DNA from: Rubrivivax sp.
GTDB taxonomy: Bacteria; Pseudomonadota; Gammaproteobacteria; Burkholderiales; Burkholderiaceae_C
NCBI GenBank assembly: GCA_049242285.1
Contig: JBMLPD010000472.1
Coordinates: forward strand, 6,279 to 70,278
Reading direction: 5' to 3'
Length of the DNA stretch: 64,000 nucleotides
Each line of letters begins with the position of its first letter. Within the stretch, counting starts at the first letter, position 1. Positions 1-9,752 of this stretch are shown here, piece after piece. Under the pieces are notes generated by a model. That model searched no databases and had not been told where the DNA came from. It worked only from the letters and a program-made list of their open reading frames with translations. Position numbers and translations under genes: made by a program.

Positions 1-91
1 CAAAGCGCGATTATAGGAAGCCGGGCTCCGCTCGAGAGCCCGCTGCAGGTGTCGCTGCAGGGGCTGCGCTCGTCAGCGCCGCAGCGAAAAC

Positions 92-400
92 TCAGGGTGC
101 GCGCTTGAGGCGGCGGGCCGCCACCGGCGACTGCCGATATCGCTGACGCCGCGCCTCCTTGGGGTCGCAGCGCAGACAGCGCCAGGCTTCCACTCTGTCG
201 GCGTCCTTCAGGACGGTGGAGCCCGGCTGGCGGCGCCCCCAGATACCCACATCCCAGTCGCCCGCCGAGAGGCAGGCGGCGCGCGGATCGGCCGCTGCGG
301 TGCGCAAGGCCTCATGCAGGGTGGCGCCTTCCGGCAGATCGACCGGGACCATCACGACTTCCCGCGCCCGTGGGCTGCAGACCACGTCGACGCGGATCAT
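92..400 (-). CDS. rnfH: RnfH-family ubiquitin-like protein (UPF0125)
   Basis: ORF 92..538 trimmed to the internal ATG ([32 protein letters not shown]..). The ATG overlaps the ratA stop as ATGA. The ratA-rnfH pair is conserved and divergent from smpB. Confidence 0.8.
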   Translation of the reverse strand: MIRVDVVCSPRAREVVMVPVDLPEGATLHEALRTAAADPRAACLSAGDWDVGIWGRRQPGSTVLKDADRVEAWRCLRCDPKEARRQRYRQSPVAARRLKRAP

Positions 401-849
401 CTGGCCCCGTAGACCTGCTCGGCCCTGCTCACGAAGGAATCCACCAGGGTGTTGGCGACGCGGTCGAACACGGGGCTCACCACGGTCTCCAGGGCTCGGC
501 TGGCAAAGGAATACCTCAGGTCCAGTTCCACGCGGCACGCAGAACGCTCTGCGCCGGCAGAGGCGATGGGCTTGAAGGACCAGACACCATCGAGCATGGA
601 AAACGGGCCGTCCACCAACTGCATGTGCACCGACTCGTCAGCCAGGAGTTCGTTGCGAGTGGTGAAGGCATGGCGAACGCCGGCGTAGGCCAGACTCAGG
701 CGAGCCGTGACAGCGGCCTCGTTGCGTTCCAGCAGTTCCGCCTTGCTGCACCAGGGCAGAAACTCGGGGTAGCGCTCGACGCCGGTCACCAGGTCGTACA
801 TCTCCCTGCATGAGTACCAGAGAAGGACCGAGCGCTTGACGTGCTTCAT
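397..849 (-). CDS. ratA: RatA/YfjG-family SRPBCC (START-fold) ribosome-association protein
   Basis: [34 protein letters not shown].. matches the RatA family. ORF 397..858 opens with GTG; the ATG at 849 gives an N-terminus of the same length as E. coli RatA. Confidence 0.85.
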   Translation of the reverse strand: MKHVKRSVLLWYSCREMYDLVTGVERYPEFLPWCSKAELLERNEAAVTARLSLAYAGVRHAFTTRNELLADESVHMQLVDGPFSMLDGVWSFKPIASAGAERSACRVELDLRYSFASRALETVVSPVFDRVANTLVDSFVSRAEQVYGAR

Positions 850-908
850 ACAATCCACTCATTGTAGGCAAGGGGTCCGAAGGATCCGCTCCAGGGTCCA
901 GGCATCCG

Positions 909-1388
909 ATGTCACAGCAAGTTCCCCATATTGCAGAGAACCGCCGCGCCCGGTTCGAATACCACATCGATGAGGCGTACGAAGCCGGGCTGGTGCTGGA
1001 GGGTTGGGAGGTCAAGGCGATACGCGCCGGCCAGGTGCAGCTGACGGACGGCTACGTGCTGATACGCGACGGAGAGCTGTTCCTCATCGGCTGCCGTATC
1101 AACGCGCTGCGCGAGGCCTCCACCCATGTCAACCCGATGGCCGACCGCACGCGCAAGCTGCTGATGCACAAAGACCAGATCCGGCGTCTGGTGGGCAAGG
1201 TGGAGCAGCGTGGCTTCACCCTGGTGCCGCTGAACTTGCATTACAAGGCGGGCCGGGTCAAGGCTGAAATCGCCCTGGCCAAGGGCAAGGCGCAGCACGA
1301 CAAGCGCGAGACCGAGAAGAAGCGCGATTGGGACCGCGAGAAGCAGCGCCTGATGCGCCACAAGGTTTCTTCGCCCGTTTCGGGCTGA
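909..1388 (+). CDS. smpB: SsrA-binding protein SmpB
   Basis: Full-length 159 aa with an ATG start. Contains ..[39 protein letters not shown].. Confidence 0.97.
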   Translation: MSQQVPHIAENRRARFEYHIDEAYEAGLVLEGWEVKAIRAGQVQLTDGYVLIRDGELFLIGCRINALREASTHVNPMADRTRKLLMHKDQIRRLVGKVEQRGFTLVPLNLHYKAGRVKAEIALAKGKAQHDKRETEKKRDWDREKQRLMRHKVSSPVSG

Positions 1389-1402
1389 GCGCCCAGGTGC
1401 GA

Positions 1403-1420
1403 CCCGGGCCCTGGCCCGGG
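1403..1420. terminator. GC-rich palindromic hairpin between convergent smpB and metC
   Basis: CCCGGGCC-ct-GGCCCGGG, read directly. There is no U-tract on either side, so terminator function is uncertain. Confidence 0.3.
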
Positions 1421-1441
1421 CGCGCTCGCCGCCGGGCCCGC

Positions 1442-2653
1442 TCAGAACGCCCGGCTCAGAGACCGCTGGAGGTCCGCCCTCAGGTCTTCCACCGCTTCCA
1501 GTCCGATGGCAAACCGCACCAGATGGCCCGTCAAGTGGTGTGCCGGGTCTCGCATGGCCGACAGGTCGTAAGGCACCGCCAGACTCATGGGCCCGCCCCA
1601 GGAGTAGCCCAGCTGGAAGAGCTCAAGACCATCCACGAAAGCGTCCACCTGTGTGGCATCCAGTTGCTGATCGAAGGTCACCGAGAACAAGCCCGCGGCG
1701 GCCGTACAGTGCTTTTTCCAGTGTTCGTGGCCCGGGCACCCAGGCAGGGCGGGATGCAGCACCTGAGAGATCTGCGGCTGCTGGCCCAACCACGCGGCCA
1801 GATCGCGCGCCGAGCGGTCGTGTGCGTCATACCGCACCCGGATGCTGGGCAGCGAGCGCAGGACCATCTCGCAGTCGTTGGCCGCCACGCCCAGGCCCAT
1901 GACCGCATGGGCCTGGTGAATGCGCTGATGCAGGGCCTCGTCGCGCGTGACCACCGAACCCATCAGCACGTCCGCACCGCCCGAGGGAAACTTGGTCAGC
2001 GCGTGCATGGAGATGTCCACACCGACGTCAAAGGGCTTGAATGCCAGCCCCGCGCCCCAGGTGTTGTCCAGCGCACAGACGGCACCTTGAGACTTCGCCG
2101 CGGCCACCAAGGCCGGGAGGTCCGGGAACTCCATGGTCACGGAGCCCGGCGCCTCCACCCAGACCAGCCGGGTGTTCGGGCGCAACATCGCCGCCAGGCC
2201 CGCCGCGTCCATGGGATCGTACAGGCGCCAGGAAATGCCCCAACCACTGAGCAACGAGCGCGCCTGTTCCTTTGAGGGGCCATAGACATTGGCAGGCAGC
2301 AGCACTTCGTCGCCGGCCTTGAGCAAGGCCATGTTGACGATGGTGATGGCGGCCAGGCCACTGGGGGCCAGTTCGCAGTGCAGGCCGCCCTCCAGCGTGG
2401 CAATGCGCTGCTCCAGCGTGTAGGTGGTGGGCGTGCCGTGCAGGCCGTAGGTGTAGCCGCCCTTGCCCTTGAGCGTGCGCGAGCGCAGCGAGGCCACGTC
2501 GGGGAACAGGACCGTGGAGGCCTTGTGCACCGCCGGCGGGAAGGCATCAAAGCCCTCAGGAGGCGTGTAAGGGTGATGGATCTGCCGGGTGATGGGATCT
2601 TGTGCGGCCGCGTCAGGGCGCGTCTGGGTCGGGCCTGGCTGGTGGTCGGTCAT
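1442..2653 (-). CDS. metC: Cystathionine beta-lyase (PLP-dependent Cys/Met metabolism family)
   Basis: ..GYTYGLHGTPTTYTLEQRIATLEGG.. and ..SMHALTKFPSGGADVLMG.. (PLP-Lys region). ORF 1442..2818 trimmed to ATG 2653 (MTDHQPG..) because the extension overlaps the rimO 3' end. Confidence 0.85.
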   Translation of the reverse strand: MTDHQPGPTQTRPDAAAQDPITRQIHHPYTPPEGFDAFPPAVHKASTVLFPDVASLRSRTLKGKGGYTYGLHGTPTTYTLEQRIATLEGGLHCELAPSGLAAITIVNMALLKAGDEVLLPANVYGPSKEQARSLLSGWGISWRLYDPMDAAGLAAMLRPNTRLVWVEAPGSVTMEFPDLPALVAAAKSQGAVCALDNTWGAGLAFKPFDVGVDISMHALTKFPSGGADVLMGSVVTRDEALHQRIHQAHAVMGLGVAANDCEMVLRSLPSIRVRYDAHDRSARDLAAWLGQQPQISQVLHPALPGCPGHEHWKKHCTAAAGLFSVTFDQQLDATQVDAFVDGLELFQLGYSWGGPMSLAVPYDLSAMRDPAHHLTGHLVRFAIGLEAVEDLRADLQRSLSRAF

Positions 2654-2753
2654 GGTCTGGAACCTGTCTCCTGGTGGGGCGATTGCCTGCCGATTGTCCC
2701 GTGTCGGCCCGGGCGAGCCGGCGCAGCTTTCCATCGGCTGCGACCCGGAGGCA

Positions 2754-4154
2754 TCAGATGGGCTGGGCCACCAGGTCGTGCCCTTGCGTGGCCACCACAT
2801 GAGCCTTCGTGAACTCACCCACCTTCAAGGTCTTGGAGGCCTTCGCGGGCGGCAGCAGGTGCACCACGCCGTCGATCTCGGGCGCGTCGGCATAGCTGCG
2901 GCCCGTGCCCCCCTTGCGGCCCAGTGCCGGGGCGGCGTCCACCAGCACCTGCAGCGTGGCTCCCAGACGCTCGCGCAGCTTGCCCGCCGATACCTCTTCG
3001 GCCACAGCCATGAAGCGCGCCCGGCGCTGCTCGCGCTCGGCCAGGGGCAGCAGGCCGGGGATGTCGTTGGCGGCAGCACCTTCCACCGCCGAGTAGGCGA
3101 AGCAGCCGGCGCGATCGATCCGCGCCTCACGCATGAAATGCAGCAGCGCCTCGAACTCGGCCTGCGTCTCACCCGGGAAGCCCGCGATGAAGGTGGAGCG
3201 CACCACCAGTTGCGGGCAGACCTCACGCCAGCGCGCCAGGCGCTCCAGGTTGCGCTCACCGCTGGCCGGACGTTTCATGCGCCTGAGCACATCAGGGTGG
3301 GCATGCTGGAAGGGAACATCCAGATAGGGAAGGATGCGGCCCCCGGCCATCAAGGGCAGCACATCATCCACATGCGGATAGGGGTAGACGTAATGCAGGC
3401 GCACCCAGGCGCCGAAGGGCTCGGCCAGATCGGCGAGCTTCTCGCACAGGTCCAACAGCCGCGTCTTCACAGGCTTGCCGTCCCAGAAACCGGTGCGGTA
3501 CTTCACATCCACGCCATAGGCACTGGTGTCCTGGCTGATGACCAGCAGCTCCTTCACGCCAGACTCGAACAAGGCGCGCGCCTCGTTCAGCACGTCGCCG
3601 ACGGGCCGGGACACGAGATCGCCGCGCATGCTCGGAATGATGCAGAAGGTGCAGCGGTGGTTGCAGCCTTCGCTGATCTTGAGATAAGCATAGTGACGAG
3701 GTGTCAGCTTGATGCCGGCCACACCCCGGGCTTCGGGCACCAAGTCCACAAACGGGTCGTGCGGCTTGGGCACGTGCTGGTGGACGGCGTCCATCACCTC
3801 CTGGGTGGCGTGAGGGCCGGTGACGGCCAGCACCTTGGGGTGAACCTCCTGGATCAGATTGCCCCCGCCCTGCCCTGCCCGGGCACCCAGGCAGCCGGTG
3901 ACGATCACGCGGCCGTTCTCGGCCAGGGCTTCCCCGATGGTGTCCAGGCTCTCCTTGACCGCGTCGTCGATGAAACCGCAGGTGTTGACGATGACCAGGT
4001 CAGCGCCGGCAAAGGTCTTGCGCGTCTCGTAGCCTTCGGCGCGCAGCTGGGTGAGGATGAGTTCGGAATCCGTGAGCGCCTTCGGGCAGCCCAGGGAGAC
4101 GAAACCGATGCTGGGCGCTGGGCGTGCCGATGCCGTCGAAGTGGGGTAGGTCAT
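2754..4154 (-). CDS. rimO: Ribosomal protein S12 methylthiotransferase RimO
   Basis: N-domain ..[25 protein letters not shown].., radical-SAM motif [10 protein letters not shown], and a C-terminal TRAM-like region. The ORF opens with TTG 4160; the ATG is at 4154. Confidence 0.95.
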   Translation of the reverse strand: MTYPTSTASARPAPSIGFVSLGCPKALTDSELILTQLRAEGYETRKTFAGADLVIVNTCGFIDDAVKESLDTIGEALAENGRVIVTGCLGARAGQGGGNLIQEVHPKVLAVTGPHATQEVMDAVHQHVPKPHDPFVDLVPEARGVAGIKLTPRHYAYLKISEGCNHRCTFCIIPSMRGDLVSRPVGDVLNEARALFESGVKELLVISQDTSAYGVDVKYRTGFWDGKPVKTRLLDLCEKLADLAEPFGAWVRLHYVYPYPHVDDVLPLMAGGRILPYLDVPFQHAHPDVLRRMKRPASGERNLERLARWREVCPQLVVRSTFIAGFPGETQAEFEALLHFMREARIDRAGCFAYSAVEGAAANDIPGLLPLAEREQRRARFMAVAEEVSAGKLRERLGATLQVLVDAAPALGRKGGTGRSYADAPEIDGVVHLLPPAKASKTLKVGEFTKAHVVATQGHDLVAQPI

Positions 4155-4201
4155 ACGCAACGTTCAGGACAACCGACGGCCGTCCGGTGAAAGCCCTGTG
4201 C

Positions 4202-4798
4202 TCAAGGCTCGTTCGAGGGCTTTCCTGCGAAACCCGGCATGCCCGCGAACAGGCCCGCTGAACTGCGCTGCAACTGTTCCTGCATCTGCGCGAACAACGA
4301 GCCTGACTGCTCCAGGTACTGGCCCATGAGGTTCTGCATCATGGCGGGCGACTGGCCCTGAAGCCACTGCGTCCAGGCCTCCGGCGTGTAGGCCGAAGGA
4401 TCGAAGAGGCCCTTGGCGGGCTGGGCCAGCCGCGTCTGCAGTTCCACGAAGGTCTGGAGGTTCTTTTCCAGATAAGCCCCCATCATCCCCTGCATCGCGT
4501 GCCCGTAAAAGCGGATCAACTGGGCGAGCATCTGTTCCGAGAAGATCGGCATGCCGCCCGTTTCCTCTTCCAGGATGATCTGCAGCAGGATGCTGCGGGT
4601 GAGGTCCTCGCCGGTCTTGGCGTCCCGCACCTCGAAGGGCTCGGCCTGCAAGACCATTTGCTTGACGTCGGCCAGCGTGATGTAGCTGCTGGACCGGGTG
4701 TCGTACAGACGCCGGTTGGGGTACTTCTTCAGCACGCGAGGTCCGGCCGTTGCTTCATCCGCTGCTGCGGACGCTGCGGCGCGTCGTGGGGTGGCCAT
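4202..4798 (-). CDS. phaR: Polyhydroxyalkanoate synthesis repressor PhaR
   Basis: ..LKKYPNRRLYDTRSSSYITLADVKQMV..TRSILLQIILEEE.. is the PhaR signature. ATG start. Confidence 0.9.
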   Translation of the reverse strand: MATPRRAAASAAADEATAGPRVLKKYPNRRLYDTRSSSYITLADVKQMVLQAEPFEVRDAKTGEDLTRSILLQIILEEETGGMPIFSEQMLAQLIRFYGHAMQGMMGAYLEKNLQTFVELQTRLAQPAKGLFDPSAYTPEAWTQWLQGQSPAMMQNLMGQYLEQSGSLFAQMQEQLQRSSAGLFAGMPGFAGKPSNEP

Positions 4799-4831
4799 GG
4801 GCGCGTGTCTCCAGCTTGTAAGGTCCAGCCG

Positions 4832-4837
4832 ATTCTA
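4832..4837 (-). promoter_or_regulatory. -10-like hexamer TAGAAT upstream of phaR
   Basis: Forward attcta = minus-strand TAGAAT, 34 nt upstream of the phaR ATG. No convincing -35 element. Confidence 0.3.
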
Positions 4838-4860
4838 GGGTGCCGTGCGCAGGGGCCGGT

Positions 4861-4894
4861 CACGAAATGCAAATGGCCGGCAAGTGCCGGCCAT
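4861..4894 (-). terminator. Intrinsic terminator candidate after rplI
   Basis: Perfect 9-bp stem ATGGCCGGC-aagt-GCCGGCCAT (4873..4894). On the minus strand it is followed by UUGCAUUUCGUG. It lies 57 nt downstream of the rplI stop. Confidence 0.55.
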
Positions 4895-4950
4895 CCCAGA
4901 AACGCTCGGCCAGGAGGCCCCCGGGGGAGCGTCCTGTGCTAACGGCGTTT

Positions 4951-5403
4951 TCAATCCGCCTGCGCCACCACCTGCACCGACACATCGACGACGACGTCGG
5001 TGTGTGCAGCCACGCAGACGGTGTACTCGCCCACGGTCTTCAGCGGCCCGGCAGGCATGCGCACTTGAGCCTTGGCCACGCCCATGCCCATCTTGGTCAG
5101 GGCCTCGGCGATGTCCTGGTTGGTCACGGAGCCAAACAGCCGGCCATCCACGCCGGCCTTCTGAGCGATGCGAACCACCTTGCCGGAGATCTGCGCGCCC
5201 AGCGCCTGTGCGGCAGCCAGCTTCTCTGCGGCCAGCCTTTCCAATTCGGCACGGCGGACCTCGAACTCCTTGAGTGCCGCATCCGTCGCGCGACGGGCAC
5301 GGCGTGTGGGGATCAGGAAGTTGCGGGCGTAGCCGTCCTTGACCTTGACAACGTCACCCAGGTTGCCCAGGTTGGCCACCTTGTCCAGAAGAATCACTTG
5401 CAT
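4951..5403 (-). CDS. rplI: 50S ribosomal protein L9
   Basis: [32 protein letters not shown]..; ORF 4951..5463 trimmed to ATG 5403. Confidence 0.97.
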   Translation of the reverse strand: MQVILLDKVANLGNLGDVVKVKDGYARNFLIPTRRARRATDAALKEFEVRRAELERLAAEKLAAAQALGAQISGKVVRIAQKAGVDGRLFGSVTNQDIAEALTKMGMGVAKAQVRMPAGPLKTVGEYTVCVAAHTDVVVDVSVQVVAQAD

Positions 5404-5413
5404 GTCAGTCTCC

Positions 5414-5704
5414 TCAGACCTTGTGGAGGTCAGAGTAAGGCACCAGGGCCAGATAGCGCGCACGCTTGATGGCAGTGGTGAGTTGCCGCTGGTAGATGGC
5501 GCGCGTGCCGGTCAGGCGGGCGGGCGTGATCTTGCCGTTCTCACCGATGAAATCGCGCAGGGTGTCGACATCCTTGTAGTCGATTTCCTCGACGCCGGCC
5601 ACGGTGAAGCGGCAGAAGCGCTTGCGGCGAAACAGCAGCGACTGCTGGTTGCGCTTGGGGCGCTTGTCCTTGGAAAACTTGCCTTTGCCACGGGGTGGGG
5701 GCAT
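5414..5704 (-). CDS. rpsR: 30S ribosomal protein S18
   Basis: ..[41 protein letters not shown]..; GGAG Shine-Dalgarno sequence upstream of the ATG. Confidence 0.97.
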   Translation of the reverse strand: MPPPRGKGKFSKDKRPKRNQQSLLFRRKRFCRFTVAGVEEIDYKDVDTLRDFIGENGKITPARLTGTRAIYQRQLTTAIKRARYLALVPYSDLHKV

Positions 5705-5751
5705 GGTGAACTCCTTGAAACTTGAACGTTGAGATACAGGGGCGGGTCTGA

Positions 5752-6036
5752 TCAGTCAGCCAGATCCGTGATGTGAAACAGAATGCCTCGGCCGTTTCGG
5801 GCGGGAGCCAGGAACCCTGTGGCAGATAGCGGCGAACCCAGCGGCAACAAAGCCACTTTGCACACCAGCGACCCGATCACCAGGGCACGCAACTCGAGCG
5901 ACACCTTGCGCGCCTGCCCTTCGTGCGACACCTCGGACTCGTGCTGCAGTTGCAGATCGAGCGCCGGCAACCCGGCAGGGGTGTAGCGAAGGGCCCCGCG
6001 TTCAGCCAGCGATGCCTGGAGAACCAGACGGTTCAA
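5752..6036 (-). CDS. priB: Primosomal replication protein N (PriB)
   Basis: [35 protein letters not shown]..; sits in the canonical rpsF-priB-rpsR-rplI position. The start codon is TTG. Confidence 0.85.
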   Translation of the reverse strand: MNRLVLQASLAERGALRYTPAGLPALDLQLQHESEVSHEGQARKVSLELRALVIGSLVCKVALLPLGSPLSATGFLAPARNGRGILFHITDLAD

Positions 6037-6082
6037 GATGCCATCGCGAACCAGATGGACGCCCTTGCGGCCGTTGGGGCCC

Positions 6083-6445
6083 TCAGGCCTGCGCCTCCTG
6101 GACAGCCTTGCGGGACTCCTCGCGCTCCACCACCTTCATCATCACGGAGGGCGTGGTCTCGGCCTTGGACTTGGCCACGGTCAGGTGGCGCAACACGGCG
6201 TCGTTGAAACGGAAACCCGTCTCCAACTCCGTCAGGGTCTCGTGGCCGCACTCGATGTTGAGGCAGAGGTAATGGGCCTTGGCGAGCTTCTGGATCAGAT
6301 AGGCCAGCTGGCGCCGACCCCAGTCCTCGACCCGGTGCACCTTGCCGCCGGCATTGGTGATGAGGGTCTTGTAACGCTCCAGCATCGCTGGAACCTGCTC
6401 GCTCTGATCCGGATGGATCAACAGAACGATCTCGTAGTGACGCAT
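6083..6445 (-). CDS. rpsF: 30S ribosomal protein S6
   Basis: [26 protein letters not shown]..; ORF 6083..6499 trimmed to ATG 6445. Confidence 0.97.
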   Translation of the reverse strand: MRHYEIVLLIHPDQSEQVPAMLERYKTLITNAGGKVHRVEDWGRRQLAYLIQKLAKAHYLCLNIECGHETLTELETGFRFNDAVLRHLTVAKSKAETTPSVMMKVVEREESRKAVQEAQA

Positions 6446-6533
6446 GAACACTCCTTGTGGATTCCGTGAGAGGAAGCTGCCCCGAAAGCGTCGGATCACA
6501 CGGGTGCAGCAAGGCGAAAAGCCTTCTATTGTA
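6446..6533 (-). promoter_or_regulatory. rpsF operon promoter (-10 TACAAT) and 5' leader
   Basis: Minus-strand TACAAT at 6533..6528. The ~75-nt leader has small hairpins (AAGGC-ttttc-GCCTT, CCGA-cgctt-TCGG). S6:S18 autoregulation through rpsF leaders is established in other bacteria. I did not verify the motif here. Confidence 0.35.
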
Positions 6534-6575
6534 GACCCAAAGGCGAGACGCCCTCCGGGGGTGCCGGAGGGCGTC
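6534..6575 (-). terminator. Terminator candidate after the symporter gene
   Basis: Perfect 12-bp stem GACGCCCTCCGG-gggtg-CCGGAGGGCGTC (6547..6575). On the minus strand it is followed by UCGCCUUUGGGUCU. It lies 73 nt downstream of the symporter stop. Confidence 0.5.
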
Positions 6576-6648
6576 GAGACAAGGGTAGAGAGGATAGGCC
6601 GCCCGACCGGGCAACCAACCCCCTGTGGATACCAGAGTCAGGCCGGGA

Positions 6649-8781
6649 TCAGACCTTGGACGGATTCAGGTTCGGGTAGCGCACGTGCTCCACCAGTTCC
6701 TGAATCTCAGCCTTGGGGGCCGGCGTGAACAGGCTCACGATGATGATCACCGCAAAGCCCAGCGGCACGCCGAACACGCCCGCCGCGATGGGCTGCATGC
6801 CCCACCACGTGTTGTCGGCGATCGGCGAGGTCACGTTGAACAGGCCGCGCATCCAGGGCTGGGTGGTGGCCATGTAGTAGAACGTGATCACCGTGCCGGC
6901 GATCATGCCCAGCACCGCACCCCACTTGGTGGCGCGCTTCCAGAAGATGCCGAGCACCAGCGCCGGGAAGAAGCCCGCCGCAGCCAGCGAGAAGGCCGCA
7001 GACACCAGGAACAGGATGTCCGCCACCTTCAGCGAGGCCACGTAAGCTGCCGCCACGGCCACCACCAGCAACAAGAGCTTGGAGATCATCACCCGGCGCG
7101 CCGTGGACGCGTTGGGGTCGATCATCTTGTAGTACAGGTCGTGGCTGAGGGCGTTGGCGATCGTCAGCAGCAGGCCGTCAGCCGTGGACAGCGCAGCAGC
7201 CAGGCCGCCGGCCGCCACCATGCCCGAGATCACGTAGGGCAAGCCTGCGATCTCTGGCGTGGCCAGCACGATGATGTCGCCACCGATGCGCATTTCACCC
7301 AGCTGGAAGATGCCGTCCTTGTTGATGTCGGCGATCGACAGCAGCGCCGGATCCACCTTCGCCCAGGCGCCCACCCAGGCCGGCAGCTTGTCGAACGGCG
7401 TGCCCACCAGGACGTTGAACACCTCGTACTTGACCAGCACCGCCAGGGCCGGCGCCGTGAAGTACAGCAGGAAGATGAAGAACAGCGACCAGGTCACCGA
7501 CTGGCGCGCCTCCTTCACCGAAGGCGTGGTGTAGTAGCGCATCAGGATGTGCGGCAAAGCGGCCGTGCCCACCATCAGGCAGAACACCAGGCCCAGGAAG
7601 TTGCGGCGCGAGGTGTCGAAAGCCGCCTGGGCCTTTTCGTCACCGTTCGGGTCACCCGCAAACTGCTGCGCGTGGCGCGGCATGCCGGCCAGCGGCCCGG
7701 TACGCCCATCGGCCCCCGCCTTGGCAGCTGTCCAGGCCTTCTTGGCGGCCTCCTCGTTGGCGGGCACGGCGGCCAGCGCCTTCTCGGCGGCCTGCACCTC
7801 GGCCAATGGGGCGCTGGCGGCCTTCAGGTCCTCCACCTTCTTGGCTGCAGCCTCCTTGTCGGCCTTCAATGCAGCCGGCACATCCTTCAGCTTGGCAGCC
7901 AGGGCGTCAGACTGCGCCTTGAAGATGGCACGGACTTCCTGCTCCTTGGGGTCCGCAATCAGCTGCTTCTCACGCTCGCTCACCTTGGCCAGCTGTGCGC
8001 CGTAGATGGCTTGCGGAATCGGCACGCCCGTCTGCTTCACCGACAGCCACACCACCGGGATCATGTAGGCAATGATCAGGATGATGTACTGCGCCACCTG
8101 CGTCCACGTGACGGCCCGCATGCCCCCCAGGAAGGAGCACACCAGGATGCCACCCAGACCGACGAACACGCCGATCTCGAAGGCCAGCCCGGTCAAGCGC
8201 GTGGTGATGAGGCCCACACCGTAGATCTGGGCCACCACGTACACGAACGACACCAGGATGGCGATCAGGATGCCCACGAAGCGGGCGGCATTGCCCTCAT
8301 AGCGGGCACCGAGGAAGTCCGGAATGGTGAACTGGCCGAACTTGCGCAGGTAAGGCGCCAGGAACAGCGCCACCAGGCAGTAGCCCCCCGTCCAGCCCAT
8401 GATGAAGGCCAGACCGCCGTAACCGGTGAGGTACAGCGTGCCGGCCATGCCGATGAAGGACGCCGCGCTCATCCAGTCGGCGCCGGTGGCCATGCCGTTG
8501 TAGACGGCAGGCACGCGGCGGCCCGCCACGTAGTACTCGGCCGCATCGTTGGTGCGGCTCATGATGCCGATACCGGCATACAGCGCCACGGTGGCCAGCA
8601 GGAAGATGATGCCGATGGCGCCGCGGCTCAAGCCAATCTGCTCGGCGATGGCCAGCACAACGACGAAGGCCAGGAAGCCCCCGGTGTACCAGCCGTAGAC
8701 CTTGTTCAGGCCCTTCTTGAAGGCCGCATTCGCCTCCTTGTTGGAGACGCCCTCTTGGGTTTCGAACGACAAGCCAGCCAT
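6649..8781 (-). CDS. Sodium:solute symporter family protein (ActP-like, VC_2705-type large subunit) with a large hydrophilic insertion
   Basis: SSS motifs ..EYYVAGRRVPAVYNGMATGADWMSAASFIGMAG.., ..GGMRAVTWTQVAQY.. and many TM blocks. Start trimmed to ATG 8781 (MAGLSFE..), 1 nt after the DUF4212 stop. Confidence 0.9.
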   Translation of the reverse strand: MAGLSFETQEGVSNKEANAAFKKGLNKVYGWYTGGFLAFVVVLAIAEQIGLSRGAIGIIFLLATVALYAGIGIMSRTNDAAEYYVAGRRVPAVYNGMATGADWMSAASFIGMAGTLYLTGYGGLAFIMGWTGGYCLVALFLAPYLRKFGQFTIPDFLGARYEGNAARFVGILIAILVSFVYVVAQIYGVGLITTRLTGLAFEIGVFVGLGGILVCSFLGGMRAVTWTQVAQYIILIIAYMIPVVWLSVKQTGVPIPQAIYGAQLAKVSEREKQLIADPKEQEVRAIFKAQSDALAAKLKDVPAALKADKEAAAKKVEDLKAASAPLAEVQAAEKALAAVPANEEAAKKAWTAAKAGADGRTGPLAGMPRHAQQFAGDPNGDEKAQAAFDTSRRNFLGLVFCLMVGTAALPHILMRYYTTPSVKEARQSVTWSLFFIFLLYFTAPALAVLVKYEVFNVLVGTPFDKLPAWVGAWAKVDPALLSIADINKDGIFQLGEMRIGGDIIVLATPEIAGLPYVISGMVAAGGLAAALSTADGLLLTIANALSHDLYYKMIDPNASTARRVMISKLLLLVVAVAAAYVASLKVADILFLVSAAFSLAAAGFFPALVLGIFWKRATKWGAVLGMIAGTVITFYYMATTQPWMRGLFNVTSPIADNTWWGMQPIAAGVFGVPLGFAVIIIVSLFTPAPKAEIQELVEHVRYPNLNPSKV

Positions 8782-8782
8782 G

Positions 8783-9040
8783 TCACTCCTCCTCGGCAAC
8801 GCCGTGTTCTTGGTCCAGCTTGTTCATGTAGTGGGAGTAGTAGCCAATGATGATCAGGTAGATCACCAATGAGCCCTGTGCACCCATCCAGAAACTGAAC
8901 GGCCAGCCGAAGAAATCAAAGTTGAGGTCGCGGGCATAGAACCCGACGACGAAAGTCACTACAAACCAGATGGCCAGCAGGATCGATGTGATCCGCAGGT
9001 TCTTCTGCCAGTAGCGCTGGTGGTTCTCACTCACCTGCAT
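8783..9040 (-). CDS. DUF4212 membrane protein (putative solute:sodium symporter small subunit)
   Basis: MQVSENHQRYWQKNLRITSILLAIWFVVTFVVGFYARDLNFDFFGWPFSFWMGAQGSLVIYLIIIGYY..; ORF trimmed to ATG 9040. Lies immediately upstream of the SSS gene. Confidence 0.85.
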   Translation of the reverse strand: MQVSENHQRYWQKNLRITSILLAIWFVVTFVVGFYARDLNFDFFGWPFSFWMGAQGSLVIYLIIIGYYSHYMNKLDQEHGVAEEE

Positions 9041-9173
9041 AACAACACCCCTTTCATGAGGACTGAAACATCCGGCCACACTCGGACCGGCGCACCCACC
9101 CGCATCCCGCGCACGACGGCGCGAACCGCAGACCTGTCACAACCCTGCAGACCACCGGCCCCAGGCCCACGCC

Positions 9174-9752
9174 TCAAGACGTGGGCGCTCCGGCCAGAAG
9201 CCCTGTCTCGCGCTCCAGTTGCGCGGCGACCTTGGGCTCGAAACCTTTCAGATGGCGGATGATCTTCACCGCTTCTTCAGGGTCTCGACGGTCCACATGA
9301 ACCCGCGCCAGCTGATACCAGCCGTACGGGCTCATGGGCTGCAATTCGGTGTTGCGCTTCAAGGCCTGCACGGCCTCGTCGTAGCGCTGCAGGCGAATGA
9401 GCACCAGACCCTGCCCGTACCACGCACGGTCCAGCTTGGGGGCCCATTGCGTGGCGCGCACGAAGCTCGCCAGCGCTTCCTCGTAGCGCTCAAGAGACTC
9501 GAGCAGAAAACCGCGGTTGAACCAGGCCTGGCCGCTTTCGGGGTCGGCCTGCACCCAGCGATCGTTGTCTTCGAGCGCCAGCGCCAGTTGGCCCGTCTGC
9601 GCGCGCAGGTGGGCCCGGCTGGCCAGCCCGTAGGCGTCGTCCGGCCAGCGCTGGAGCAGCCGGTCAAACACCGCCAGGGCCTGGCCCTGCCGACCCAGCA
9701 CCAGCCAGCCCATGGCCAGCCACTTGAGGCCCAGGTAGTCCCAGCGCATCAT
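9174..9752 (-). CDS. Tetratricopeptide-repeat protein, function unknown
   Basis: TPR-like repeats (..AWFNRGFLLESLERYEEALASF..AWYGQGLVLIRLQRYDEAVQAL..GWYQLARVHVDRRDPEEAVKII..). Third-position GC is high. ATG 9752 overlaps the upstream gene's stop as ATGA. Confidence 0.7.
   Translation of the reverse strand: MMRWDYLGLKWLAMGWLVLGRQGQALAVFDRLLQRWPDDAYGLASRAHLRAQTGQLALALEDNDRWVQADPESGQAWFNRGFLLESLERYEEALASFVRATQWAPKLDRAWYGQGLVLIRLQRYDEAVQALKRNTELQPMSPYGWYQLARVHVDRRDPEEAVKIIRHLKGFEPKVAAQLERETGLLAGAPTS

Noticed and set aside
92-849. ratA-rnfH as a toxin-antitoxin or otherwise novel module
   Set aside because: RatA is often labelled a toxin, but this smpB-divergent ratA-rnfH pair is a widely conserved core arrangement in proteobacteria. 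Nothing in the sequence departs from it.
1442-2818. Long N-terminal extensions of the track ORFs for metC (to 2818), pyrH (to 27225), hisZ (to 36626), scpB (to 52861), rluB (to 52116), rpsB (to 28802), cdsA (to 24949) and the SBP gene (to 62028)
   Set aside because: The extensions overlap the upstream gene, have non-protein-like composition, and internal ATGs reproduce the canonical N-termini of the families. All were trimmed.
6625-8850. 741-aa plus-strand ORF antisense to the symporter gene
   Set aside because: It is an Arg/His/Gly/Gln-rich low-complexity translation with no recognisable domains. It is the mirror of a gene with very high third-position GC, where antisense frames rarely contain stops. 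The minus-strand product has clear SSS motifs.
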